A stretch of 64,000 bases of DNA, taken from the NCBI GenBank assembly GCA_050949345.1, contig JBMNFN010000001.1, positions 1,083,000 through 1,146,999 of the forward strand. Direction: 5' to 3'. Source of the DNA: Anaerolineae bacterium (GTDB lineage: Bacteria > Chloroflexota > Anaerolineae > UBA1429). Position 1 is the stretch's first letter; every line of letters begins with the position of its first letter. Positions 28,902 through 37,946 of this stretch are shown here, piece by piece. The position numbers and the translations under genes are program-made. The notes beneath the pieces were generated by a model that had not been told where the DNA came from, searched no databases, and saw nothing but the letters and a program-made list of their open reading frames with translations.

Positions 28902-29731
28902 ACCGTACACCGCCACTGGGAAACCTCTCGCACCAAGTCATCATCGGTCACCACAGGCTCAGCGAGAGCCAGCCCCCGGCGCCGCAAGCCCTGCGCCACT
29001 CCTGCACTCATGGGCAGAGACAGCCCCAGTGCTTGGACACCTTCCGGGGATGCAAAGAGCTCGGACGGCGTCGCCTGCCACACGATGCGCCCCCGATCCA
29101 TCACGGCAACCTGATCGGCCTCGACCACCTCGTCCATGTGGTGGGTTACCACAATGGTGGTACGACCCTGCTGGTGCAGCCGCATGACCAGAGCCAGCAA
29201 GTCCCTCCGAGAGATCGGGTCCAGCAGAGCCGTCGCCTCGTCCAACAGGATACAGTCGGGTTCCATCGACAGCGTGGCTGCGATGGCGAGGCGCACCTTG
29301 TCGCCGGCAGAGAGCATGTGGGGGTCGCGAGCCTCGGCACCGGCCAGGCCCACCATGGCGAGGGAGCGCACAACGCGCTCCCGGATCTCTCCCGGGGGCA
29401 CACCGAGGTTCTCGGCGCCAAAGGCAACCTCATCCTCCACTGAGCTGGTGACAAACTGGTTCTCCGGATCCTGAAACACCATGCCCACCATGGCACGCAG
29501 GTCCAGGATGGCGCCGGGATCGAGACTGGAGCGGCCGTTGACGATCACTTCTCCTGCGGTAGGGACGAGGAGCCCACTCAGACATCGGGCCAGGGTCGAC
29601 TTGCCGGAACCGTTCTGGCCCACCAGCGCCAGATAGGTGCCCCGCGGGATCTGCAGATCGACCCCGCGGAGGGCCGTCACGACGCGGTCTCCTTCCTGAT
29701 ACGCGTATTCGACACTGCGTGCCTCTATCAT
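28898..29731 (-). CDS. ecfA1: ECF transporter ATPase
   Basis: Walker A GQNGSGKST, signature LSAGDKVRL, Walker B ILLDEATALLD. I chose the ATG at 29731 (MIEARSVEY) because the upstream ORF extension runs through the promoter and terminator. Confidence 0.9.
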   Translation of the reverse strand: MIEARSVEYAYQEGDRVVTALRGVDLQIPRGTYLALVGQNGSGKSTLARCLSGLLVPTAGEVIVNGRSSLDPGAILDLRAMVGMVFQDPENQFVTSSVEDEVAFGAENLGVPPGEIRERVVRSLAMVGLAGAEARDPHMLSAGDKVRLAIAATLSMEPDCILLDEATALLDPISRRDLLALVMRLHQQGRTTIVVTHHMDEVVEADQVAVMDRGRIVWQATPSELFASPEGVQALGLSLPMSAGVAQGLRRRGLALAEPVVTDDDLVREVSQWRCTV

Positions 29732-29756
29732 GGCACCTGCACCCGCCTCCCTGCAT

Positions 29757-29790
29757 AGAAAACGGCCTCGCGCTGGCGTTCGCGAGGCCG
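29757..29790 (-). terminator. intrinsic terminator inside the 5' leader of the ECF/CoA operon (attenuator)
   Basis: Minus strand CGGCCTCGCG-aacgccag-CGCGAGGCCG, 10-bp perfect stem, followed by TTTTCT. It sits downstream of the promoter at 29910..29937 and about 25 nt upstream of the ecfA1 SD/ATG. Confidence 0.6.
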
Positions 29791-29909
29791 TGGCAGGACG
29801 CGATGGTCCCCATGATTCCTGATTGGCGTCTCGGTTGCAGGGCAATCCGAGCGGCAAAGAGTACACTCCACGCACACGCTGGGCGCCAGCAGGTCGCCTG
29901 CATATGCCT

Positions 29910-29937
29910 ATTATAAGCCGGCCTGCAGGCTGGTCAA
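29910..29937 (-). promoter_or_regulatory. sigma70-like promoter of the ECF/CoA operon
   Basis: Minus strand: -35 TTGACC (29937..29932), 16-nt spacer, -10 TATAAT (29915..29910). Confidence 0.5.
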
Positions 29938-29952
29938 CATCCCAAAATCGCC

Positions 29953-29980
29953 TTGTCAGCCTGTGCCGCACTGTTATACT
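29953..29980 (+). promoter_or_regulatory. sigma70-like promoter of the GH4 gene
   Basis: -35 TTGTCA (29953..29958), 16-nt spacer, -10 TATACT (29975..29980), about 70 nt before the ATG at 30052. Confidence 0.4.
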
Positions 29981-30051
29981 GCTGCAGGATTGCTCAGACG
30001 AGCGCAGGCCACGGGCTGCTGGCTCGCCACACTATCGGTACAGGAGGATTC

Positions 30052-31362
30052 ATGCCCAAGATCACCATCGTTGGAGCCGGTAGCCACGTCTTTGCCAGAC
30101 GACTCATCGCAGACGCCCTGCAGTGGCCTTCATTGCAGGATTCGACCATCACTCTGATGGATATCGACCAGGAGAGCCTGGATACCATGGCGGCCTTGGC
30201 GCGTAAAATGGTCGCTCAGCTGGGCGTGGGCGCCCGGATCGAGGCCACCACCAGCCTGGAAGAGGCGGTAGCAGACACGGACTATGTCTCGGTGTCGATT
30301 CGTGTGGGCAACTCGCACAACAATGTCACCGTCCCGGCCAAGTACGGCATCATGCATTCGGTGGGCGATACCATGGGCCCGGGCGGCGTCTTTTACTTTT
30401 TGCGCAATGCCCCCGCCGTGATCAATATCGCTCAGACCGTGGAACGGCTGGCACCCGGTGCGCTGATGCTGAACTATACCAACCCCATGGTGATGCTGTC
30501 CTGGGCGGTCAAGGAGCTCACCAGCATCCCGTACGTGGGCCTGTGCCACTCGGTACAGGGTACGGCCATGACCCTGGCCAACTATCTGAAGGTGCCCTTT
30601 GAGCGCGTGTCGTACTGGGCTGCGGGCATCAACCACATGGCATGGTTCCTGCGCTATGAGGTGGATCGTAAGGACGCCTACCCCCGCCTCTTTGAGGCGA
30701 TGAAGGACCCCGACGTTTACAATCGGGATATCGTCAAGTTTGAGGTGATGAAGTACTTTGGCGCCTTTGTGTCCGAGTCCTCCATCCACATGTCCGAGTA
30801 TGTGCCGTATTTTCGCCGTACGCAGGAGCTGATCGACCGCCACACCCACGAGATGATGTGGGGCGTCTCGCAGCGCAAGGGCTTGAGCCGTGAGCAGATG
30901 CTGGCGGCCGCAGCAGAACGTCGCGCCGAGGCGGATAAGGAGATGCGCGAGCTGGCTTTTGGCGATGGAACTGTGCCCATCGACCTGTCGCACGAGTACT
31001 TTTCGCGGATTCTGAACGCCATCGAGACCAACCAGCCCTACACTTTTAACGGCAACGTCCCCAATGAGGGTCTGATCAGTAACCTGCCCTATCACGCGGT
31101 GGTCGAAGTGCCCATCATGACGGATGCCATGGGCCTGCACCCCTGCAAGATCGGCGCTCTGCCACCCGCCCTGGCTGGCCTGAACCAGAGCAACCTGGCG
31201 GTGCAAGAGCTGGCAGTCAAGGGCCTGCTGGAAAAGAACCGTGAGTACATCTATCAGGCCATCCAGCTCGATCCTCTCACCGCGGCAGTGCTGCCACTGG
31301 CCAAGATCCGTGAAATGGTGGACGAGATGTTCGCGGCGGATGCCGAGTACATCACATTCTAG
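30052..31362 (+). CDS. glycoside hydrolase family 4 (NAD/Mn-dependent alpha-glucosidase/alpha-galactosidase type)
   Basis: MPKITIVGAGS..F Rossmann start, YTNPM, GLCHS and INHM motifs of GH4. AGGAGG SD before the ATG at 30052. Confidence 0.85.
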   Translation: MPKITIVGAGSHVFARRLIADALQWPSLQDSTITLMDIDQESLDTMAALARKMVAQLGVGARIEATTSLEEAVADTDYVSVSIRVGNSHNNVTVPAKYGIMHSVGDTMGPGGVFYFLRNAPAVINIAQTVERLAPGALMLNYTNPMVMLSWAVKELTSIPYVGLCHSVQGTAMTLANYLKVPFERVSYWAAGINHMAWFLRYEVDRKDAYPRLFEAMKDPDVYNRDIVKFEVMKYFGAFVSESSIHMSEYVPYFRRTQELIDRHTHEMMWGVSQRKGLSREQMLAAAAERRAEADKEMRELAFGDGTVPIDLSHEYFSRILNAIETNQPYTFNGNVPNEGLISNLPYHAVVEVPIMTDAMGLHPCKIGALPPALAGLNQSNLAVQELAVKGLLEKNREYIYQAIQLDPLTAAVLPLAKIREMVDEMFAADAEYITF

Positions 31363-31370
31363 ATCGAGTC

Positions 31371-31404
31371 GGCTGGAGCCCCCTGCAGGGGGCTCCAGCC
31401 TTTT
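31371..31404 (+). terminator. strong intrinsic terminator directly abutting the dgoD RBS
   Basis: GGCTGGAGCCCCC-tgca-GGGGGCTCCAGCC, 13-bp perfect stem, then TTTT. The next nucleotides are acGGAGGtaacATG, the dgoD start at 31416. Confidence 0.7.
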
Positions 31405-31415
31405 ACGGAGGTAAC

Positions 31416-32537
31416 ATGCGCATTACGCGGCTGGAAACCTTTCTCGTCAAACCTCGCTGGCTGTTTCTCAAGATGCACACCGACGAGGGACTGGTCGGCC
31501 TGGGCGAGCCGCTTCTGGAAGGGCGCGCGCTCACCGTAGCGCAGGCAGTTGCCGAGCTGGAGCCCTACCTGGTGGGCAAGGACCCCACACAGGTGATGCA
31601 TCATTGGCAGGCCATGTACAAGCATGCCTTTTACCGCGGTGGCCCCATCCTCACCAGTGCCCTCTCGGGAGTGGAGCACGCGCTGTGGGATCTGGCGGGC
31701 AAGGCGCTGGGCGTGCCCGTATACAAGCTCATGGGCGGTCCGCTGCGACATCGCATCAAGGTGTATGGTCGCTGCGGCGGCAACACACCCGAAGAGGCCG
31801 AGCAATCGGCGCGGGAGCAGGCCAGCCTGGGCTTTTTGGCGCTGAAGACCGGCGTAGGTGGCCCGCGGCCGGCCCGCATCGTCGAGACACCGGGTTTCGT
31901 CGAGGGCGTGGCGGAGCGTTTCGCGGCCATGCGGCAAGGCGCCGGCAAAGAGGTCGATATTGCCATCGACTTTCACGGGGCCGTCAGCCCGCAGACCTCC
32001 GCGTTGCTCATCAAGGCTCTGGAGCCCTTCCAGCCCATGTTCATTGAGGAGCCGGTGCAATGCCAGAACACCGAGGTGCTGGCGGACCTGGCCCGCAGAA
32101 CCCACATCCCCATTGCCACAGGTGAACGGCTGTACACCAAGTGGGGCTTTCGTGAGGTACTGGAGCAAAGGGCCGCATCCATTCTGCAGCCGGACATTGC
32201 CCATTGCGGCGGCATCTTTGAGGGCCGGCTGATTGCGGGCATGGCCGAGACTTATTATGCCGCCATCGCGCCTCATTGCCCCCTGGGCCCCATCGCGCTG
32301 GCGGCCTGCCTTCAGATGGATGCCGCCATACCGAATTTCCTGGCGCAGGAGCACGTCACGCTGGGACAAGGCTACCTCAAGGAGCCCTTCCAAGTGGTGG
32401 ATGGCTATATCCCGTTGCCGGATAAACCCGGTTTAGGCATCGAGCTGGACGAGGAGGCACTGGCCGACAAGATCGGCCACCAGTGGCGCAATCCGGAGCG
32501 GTACCATCCCGACGACGGAACGGCCATCGACTGGTAG
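31416..32537 (+). CDS. dgoD: D-galactonate dehydratase (enolase superfamily)
   Basis: Collinear with E. coli DgoD over most of its length: MRITRLETF..PRW.FLK..TDEG.VG.GEP, FYRGGPIL, HCPLGPIALAACL, WRNP. Confidence 0.9.
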   Translation: MRITRLETFLVKPRWLFLKMHTDEGLVGLGEPLLEGRALTVAQAVAELEPYLVGKDPTQVMHHWQAMYKHAFYRGGPILTSALSGVEHALWDLAGKALGVPVYKLMGGPLRHRIKVYGRCGGNTPEEAEQSAREQASLGFLALKTGVGGPRPARIVETPGFVEGVAERFAAMRQGAGKEVDIAIDFHGAVSPQTSALLIKALEPFQPMFIEEPVQCQNTEVLADLARRTHIPIATGERLYTKWGFREVLEQRAASILQPDIAHCGGIFEGRLIAGMAETYYAAIAPHCPLGPIALAACLQMDAAIPNFLAQEHVTLGQGYLKEPFQVVDGYIPLPDKPGLGIELDEEALADKIGHQWRNPERYHPDDGTAIDW

Positions 32538-32646
32538 GCAGCGCATAGTGCCGACCGAACAGTGACGATCGCTCCCCTCCGGCGACGCGTCTCCGGGCGG
32601 TGGCTGGCAGCCACTTCGAGAGACGCAAAAGTAGCCCAGCAAACAG

Positions 32647-32676
32647 GAGCGGCGCAGCACAACTGCAGCGCCGCTC
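32647..32676 (-). terminator. possible terminator downstream of the ABC exporter gene
   Basis: GAGCGGCGC-n12-GCGCCGCTC, 9-bp stem. On the minus strand it is followed by CTGTTTGCT, a weak U-tract. Confidence 0.35.
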
Positions 32677-32700
32677 TCGCATCGGTGATCGCTGAGTGGG

Positions 32701-34476
32701 CTAGATGTCGGCCGGCGCCGCATCCGCCAGCTGGGCCAGGTCACGGCTTTGGATCGACCACAGGGAGGCGTAGAGCCCACCGGCGGCCAAAAGGTCCTCG
32801 TGGGTGCCCTGCTCGCGGATGGTGTTGTCGTCCAGCACAATGATATTGTCCGCCCGGGCCACAGTGGACAGGCGGTGCGCGATGATGATGGTGGTACGCC
32901 CCTCCATCAACCGCTCCAGCGCCTGCTGGATCAACAGCTCGGTCTCGGTATCCACCGAAGAGGTGGCCACATCCAGGATGAGGATCGGCGCGTCCTTGAG
33001 CACCGCCCGTGCAATAGAGAGCCGTTGTTTTTGGCCCCCGGAGAGCTTGACACCACGCTCGCCAATAAAGGTGTCGTATCCCTCTGGCAGCGACATTACA
33101 AAGTCATGGGCGTTGGCCACCCGCGCGGCATCGATCACCTCAGCCTCAGTGGCCCCGGGATTGCCAAACAGAATGTTGTCCCTGACGGTGCCGTGAAAGA
33201 GGAACACATCCTGCAAGACAATGGCGATGTTCTCGCGGAGGCTGTGGCTGGTGAGCGAACGCACGTCGTGACCGTCGACCAATACAGCGCCCTCGGTGAC
33301 GTCGTAGAAGCGGGGAATCAGGCCCGCCAGGGTCGTCTTGCCCACTCCCGTAGGGCCCACCAGCGCCAGAACGCTGTTGGCGGGAATGTTCAGAGAAATG
33401 TCCTTAAGGACAGTGCCTCCACGCTGGTAGGCAAAGCTGACGTGCACCAGCTCCACCTCACCCCGCGCCGGTGCAGGCAGCGGCACGGCATCCGGCCGAT
33501 CCGCCACATCCGGATCGCGCTCCAACAGTTCAGAAACCCGTTCCGCTCCAGCCATCGCCTCCTGAACCTGCTCCCAGACCCCCGCCAGTGTGCGCACCGG
33601 TTGGTAAAAGATCTCCAGGTAGAGCAAGAACGCCACCAAATCGGCCAAAGGGAGGATGCGCTGAAAGGCCAGACGGCCACCAAAGTAGATTACGATTACG
33701 GTGCCCAGCGAGGAAGCAAACTCGACTGATGGGCCGAACACCGCCAGATAGCGCAGAACCTTGAGCATCGACTCGCGGTAGCGGTCGATCCTCCGGCCCA
33801 CGCGCACGGCCTCGATCTCTTCACGGGTAAAGGCCTTGATCTCGCGGATCCCTGAGAGGTTGTCGTTGACCGTTGCGTTAAGCTCCGCCAACTCCTGCTG
33901 GCGCTCGCGAAAGGCGGGGCGGACGTAACGGTTAAAGGCCTGCATGGCAACCAGGATCAAAGGCACCGGGATGAGCGTGAGCAGCATCAGGGTGGGGTTC
34001 ATGCGCAGCAGAACTACCGTCACGCCCAGCAGCGTCAGCACACTGACCAGCGTGTCAGGGATGGCGTGGCTGATCAACCGCTCGAACATCTCGGAATCAT
34101 TGATCATGCGGGACATCAGCTGACCGGTTTGCTGCTCTTCATAAAAGGAGAGCGACAGCCGCTGCAGGTGCTGATAGATGTCCCGCCGGGCGTCGGCCAC
34201 CACGCCCCACCCCGCGGTATGCGACATGTAGTTGGCAAGAAAGCGAAAGCCGATGCGCGCCAGATAGATCCCCAAGAGCAGCAGAGCCAGGCGGGATACG
34301 GCGCCACGCGCGGCGGGGTTCGACCAGTCCAGCTGCTGCACCAGGCTCACCAAATTACGGACGATGCCTGGCGCCAGCAGCTGAACACCAACCAGACCGA
34401 TCATCGCCAGGATGGCGATAGCCAGGGGTTTGATATAGTTGCGGGCATAGGCCGCCACAAACCGAATCGTTTTCAT
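32701..34476 (-). CDS. ABC transporter, fused permease/ATPase (MsbA/exporter type)
   Basis: Six-TM N-domain. Walker A GPTGVGKTT, signature LSGGQKQRLSIAR, Walker B ILILDVATSSVD. Confidence 0.9.
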   Translation of the reverse strand: MKTIRFVAAYARNYIKPLAIAILAMIGLVGVQLLAPGIVRNLVSLVQQLDWSNPAARGAVSRLALLLLGIYLARIGFRFLANYMSHTAGWGVVADARRDIYQHLQRLSLSFYEEQQTGQLMSRMINDSEMFERLISHAIPDTLVSVLTLLGVTVVLLRMNPTLMLLTLIPVPLILVAMQAFNRYVRPAFRERQQELAELNATVNDNLSGIREIKAFTREEIEAVRVGRRIDRYRESMLKVLRYLAVFGPSVEFASSLGTVIVIYFGGRLAFQRILPLADLVAFLLYLEIFYQPVRTLAGVWEQVQEAMAGAERVSELLERDPDVADRPDAVPLPAPARGEVELVHVSFAYQRGGTVLKDISLNIPANSVLALVGPTGVGKTTLAGLIPRFYDVTEGAVLVDGHDVRSLTSHSLRENIAIVLQDVFLFHGTVRDNILFGNPGATEAEVIDAARVANAHDFVMSLPEGYDTFIGERGVKLSGGQKQRLSIARAVLKDAPILILDVATSSVDTETELLIQQALERLMEGRTTIIIAHRLSTVARADNIIVLDDNTIREQGTHEDLLAAGGLYASLWSIQSRDLAQLADAAPADI

Positions 34477-34504
34477 ATGCGCTCCCGACCTACACCCACC
34501 AGAG

Positions 34505-35179
34505 CTAGGGCATGCGTACGATCAGCATGCCGTCGAGGTTGTCCTCTTCCTTCTTGTATCCAGGGATGGAGACCACGTTGCTGCCGTACCTGGCAAAGAC
34601 GTGCCGGTTAAAGTTGTCCAGGTCGCGCATATAGTCGGTCTCGGCCGCCACCACGCGCCCGTTGAGAAAGATGTTGTCGACGATGATCAAACCACCAGAG
34701 CGCATGTGCTCTTCAGCGTAGGAGAAATAGTTCCAGTTGTTCTGCTTGTCGGCATCGATAAAGGCCATATCCAGGGGGCCGTCCAGTTGCAGCGTCTTGA
34801 GCGTCTCGAGCGCCGGCCCAACATAGAGATCCACCAGATTCGCTACCCCTGCCCGCTCAAAAACGTCTCGCGCCAGTGCGGCGTGCTTCTCATTGACTTC
34901 GAGGGTGATGAGCTTTCCATCGCAGGGCAACGCCTTGGCCATCCAGACACCGGAATAGCCACTGAGCGTACCCACTTCCAGGATCCGTCGCGCGCCGGAG
35001 AGCGTCGCCAGCAGATTGAGGATGTGCCCCTGCTCAGGCGTGATGTTCATCTCGGGCACGCCGCGCACCCGCGTCTCGTCAAGGATCCAGCTGTATACAG
35101 GATCCTGCACCATCTGAGCTTCGAGATACTCGAGCACTGAGACGTACAGAGGTTTCATCTTGTCATCTTGAATTGCCAC
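34505..35179 (-). CDS. class I SAM-dependent O-methyltransferase (caffeoyl-CoA OMT-like family)
   Basis: ILEVGTLSGYSGVWMA SAM-binding motif and FIDADK motif. GTG at 35179 has AAGGAG 8 nt upstream; an alternative ATG lies at 35158. Confidence 0.8.
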   Translation of the reverse strand: MAIQDDKMKPLYVSVLEYLEAQMVQDPVYSWILDETRVRGVPEMNITPEQGHILNLLATLSGARRILEVGTLSGYSGVWMAKALPCDGKLITLEVNEKHAALARDVFERAGVANLVDLYVGPALETLKTLQLDGPLDMAFIDADKQNNWNYFSYAEEHMRSGGLIIVDNIFLNGRVVAAETDYMRDLDNFNRHVFARYGSNVVSIPGYKKEEDNLDGMLIVRMP

Positions 35180-35279
35180 CGCTCTTGCTCCTTGGTCTAG
35201 AACATTTCCAACCTTGAACGCACCGCACAGCAAACCCGGCCTGGGCGATCCGCGTCCGCCTTGGCCGGGTCACCCACCT

Positions 35280-35307
35280 ATTATAGTGCGCCCTCTATTG
35301 GCGGCAA
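35280..35307 (-). promoter_or_regulatory. sigma70-like promoter of the OMT/ABC exporter pair
   Basis: Minus strand: -35 TTGCCG (35307..35302), 16-nt spacer, -10 TATAAT (35285..35280). Confidence 0.4.
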
Positions 35308-35381
35308 TCGCAACAGCGCCAAAATCGCCACATCTCGCGCCGGGAGTCCCATGCGGAAAAAGGGCTCCCGGCAAGACCCTC

Positions 35382-36416
35382 TCAGACTTGCGGCACCAAC
35401 GCCCGCTCCAACACTCTCAGAGCGTTGCCCCCCAGAACCAGTCGCAGGGCCTCCTCGTCCCAGCCGCGATCGGACAACCCACCGACCAGATCGCCTAGAC
35501 CGAACACATCGGGCAGCAGGGTACCTCCCCCATCCATGTCGCTGCCCAGCGCCACGCTGGTGATCCCAGCGGTCGCCACCACATGGTCAAAGTGGTCCAG
35601 CAGCCGGGAAAGCGTTGCCCGTTCGGGATCGACAAAGCTGGGCACCCAGCTGAGCCCGATGACGCCGCCCTGCTGAGCCAAGGCTCGCAATTGATGATCG
35701 GAGAGGTTGCGGGGATGGTCGCACAAGGCTTGCGCGTTGCCGTGTGAGAAGAGCACCGGACGATCAGAAACCTCCAGCGCCTCGTAGAATGCCCGGGGAC
35801 TGACGTGCGCCAGATCCACCACCATCCCCAGGCGATTCATCTCCCGCACCAGCCGTTTGCCAAAGTGCGTCAGGCCGGTGCCCTGGCGCGCCTCCATACA
35901 ACCGTCTGCAGCGCAACTGCTTACGTTGTGCGTCAACCCCAGCGAGCGCACCCCCAGAGCGTACAAGGCCCGCAACACGTTGAGGCTCTTGTCGGTAACA
36001 TCGGCGTTTTCCACATGCATCAGCACGCCCCGCCGCCCCTCAGCCCAGAGCCGCTCGATGTCGCCGGGCTTCCGAACCAGATCCCCCTGCTCACTCCGAT
36101 CCAGATCGTTGAGCAGATAGCCCAGGGCGTCCAAGGCATAGGAGAGGTGATGGTTGCAGGCGAGCGTTACGTCAACAGCAAAAAGACCTGCATCCAATCC
36201 TGCCTCTGCCATGCGCACCAAATCGAGCTGGAGCCGTTCTCCCCCTGTGGCAGGGCGCAGGTGCCCATAGGGCCCGGCCACACTTCCATTGCGATCGTCG
36301 CCATAGTGCAGCCCGGGCTGCGCGAGGCTGGCGTTGCCCAACCTCTGGTGTGCCACAATCGTGTCATTGTGCAGATCGATCACCAACTCTTGTCGGAGAA
36401 ACCGCCCAGCATCCAT
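35382..36416 (-). CDS. membrane-dipeptidase family (M19) metallopeptidase
   Basis: VIDLHNDT start motif, LTHN, DLAHVS and GSDMDG motifs of renal-dipeptidase-type enzymes. GGAGG SD before the ATG at 36416. Confidence 0.8.
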   Translation of the reverse strand: MDAGRFLRQELVIDLHNDTIVAHQRLGNASLAQPGLHYGDDRNGSVAGPYGHLRPATGGERLQLDLVRMAEAGLDAGLFAVDVTLACNHHLSYALDALGYLLNDLDRSEQGDLVRKPGDIERLWAEGRRGVLMHVENADVTDKSLNVLRALYALGVRSLGLTHNVSSCAADGCMEARQGTGLTHFGKRLVREMNRLGMVVDLAHVSPRAFYEALEVSDRPVLFSHGNAQALCDHPRNLSDHQLRALAQQGGVIGLSWVPSFVDPERATLSRLLDHFDHVVATAGITSVALGSDMDGGGTLLPDVFGLGDLVGGLSDRGWDEEALRLVLGGNALRVLERALVPQV

Positions 36417-36558
36417 GGCACCTCCCCGTGCATGTTTTGCAGAGCATAGAACAAGGCGCATCCACCGTCGAACGTCAGAGGGGCGCTCGGCTCAGGTTGA
36501 CATGGCTGCACCCAGAGACTAATCTGCCGCAGAGCGAGTTCAGGCAAGGAGCTTTAGC

Positions 36559-37932
36559 GTGATCAACAAACCCCTCCATTGCGAACAGCCTCTCGACCGT
36601 GTCAACACCTATTCCCGTCCGGCAGAGCTGCGCATCACCGACATGCGCATCGCCACCATCGTCGGCGCCCCGATGCGGTGCCCTCTGATTCGGATCGAAA
36701 CGAACCAGGGCCTGGTGGGATTCGGCGAGGTGCGCGATGGCGCCAGCAAAGAGTACGCGCTGATGCTCAAATCGCGCCTGCTGGGTGAAAACCCCTGCAA
36801 TGTGGACCGGGTATTCCGGCGCATCAAGCAGTTTGGCAACCATGGACGGCAGGGCGGCGGCGTGAGTGGTGTAGAGGTTGCCCTGTGGGATCTGGCAGGC
36901 AAGGCCTATGGTGTGCCCGTGTACCAGATGCTGGGGGGCAAGTTTCGTGATCGGGTGCGCGTGTATTGCGATACGGACGTGCGCGGGCGCCACACGGGCG
37001 CCGAGATGGGCGCCGCCCTGAAGGAACGGATGCGGAGGGGCTTTACGTATCTCAAGATGGATTGTGGACTGCCCCTGATCCAGGGTGAGGCCGGCGCCCT
37101 CACCGCCCCCTTGGGCTGGCTGGAACAGACCCGTTCGTCGGTGCGCTTTCCCAGTGCAGAGCTGTCTCTGGAACAACGTCAGGACCTGGCGCACCAGTGG
37201 TACCAGATCAACAACACCGCCCATCCATTTACCGGCATCCGCGTGACCGAGCACGGGCTGGACCTGCTGGAGCAGTATGTGGCGGAGGTGCGCTCGGCGA
37301 TCGGCTATGACATCCCGTTAGCCACGGACCACTTTGGGCACATTGGTATTGAGGATTGCATCAAGATCGCCCGACGTCTCGACAAGTACAACCTTGCCTG
37401 GTACGAGGATCTGCTCCCCTGGCAATACACCGAGTCCTATGTGCGGCTGGCCAACAGCTGTCAGACGCCCATCTGCACCGGTGAGGACATTTACCTCAAG
37501 GAAGGTTTCGAGCCGCTGTTGGCCTCGGGTGGGGTGTCTATCATCCACCCGGACCTGTTGACCTGTGGAGGCATCCTGGAGCTGAAAAAGATCGGCGACC
37601 GGGCGCAAGAGCGTGGTGTAGCCATGGCCGTGCACATGGCCGAGTCGCCCATCGCGTGCATGGCAGCCGTACACGCCGTTGCGGCCACAGAGAACTTTGT
37701 CGCGCTAGAGAACCATTCTGTGGATGTGCCCTGGTGGGATGATCTGGTCACCGGCTTGCCCAAGCCCATCGTACAGAACGGGTACATCTCTGTGCCGGAT
37801 GGACCCGGACTGGGGATCGAGTCGCTCTGCGACGAAACCATCGCCGCGCACCTCGATCCGGCGGACACCGGGCTCTGGGAGCCGACAGCGCAGTATGATC
37901 GGCTGGATTCTCACGACAGACTGTGGAGCTAG
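36559..37932 (+). CDS. enolase-superfamily enzyme (mandelate racemase/ManD-like), unusually long (457 aa), substrate unknown
   Basis: RITDMRIA...[14 protein letters not shown] capping domain, [20 protein letters not shown], then barrel with DHFGH, WYED and GED motifs. GTG start with AAGGAG 7 nt upstream. Confidence 0.8.
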   Translation: MINKPLHCEQPLDRVNTYSRPAELRITDMRIATIVGAPMRCPLIRIETNQGLVGFGEVRDGASKEYALMLKSRLLGENPCNVDRVFRRIKQFGNHGRQGGGVSGVEVALWDLAGKAYGVPVYQMLGGKFRDRVRVYCDTDVRGRHTGAEMGAALKERMRRGFTYLKMDCGLPLIQGEAGALTAPLGWLEQTRSSVRFPSAELSLEQRQDLAHQWYQINNTAHPFTGIRVTEHGLDLLEQYVAEVRSAIGYDIPLATDHFGHIGIEDCIKIARRLDKYNLAWYEDLLPWQYTESYVRLANSCQTPICTGEDIYLKEGFEPLLASGGVSIIHPDLLTCGGILELKKIGDRAQERGVAMAVHMAESPIACMAAVHAVAATENFVALENHSVDVPWWDDLVTGLPKPIVQNGYISVPDGPGLGIESLCDETIAAHLDPADTGLWEPTAQYDRLDSHDRLWS

Positions 37933-37946
37933 AACAAGGAGGTCGC

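Noticed and set aside
35180-35279. Second leader attenuator: CCCGGCC-n21-GGCCGGG followed by UUUGCUG in the OMT/ABC exporter leader
   Set aside because: The stem is short with a large loop and the U-tract is weak. The start-codon choice for the OMT is also uncertain, so this is not strong enough to report as a feature.
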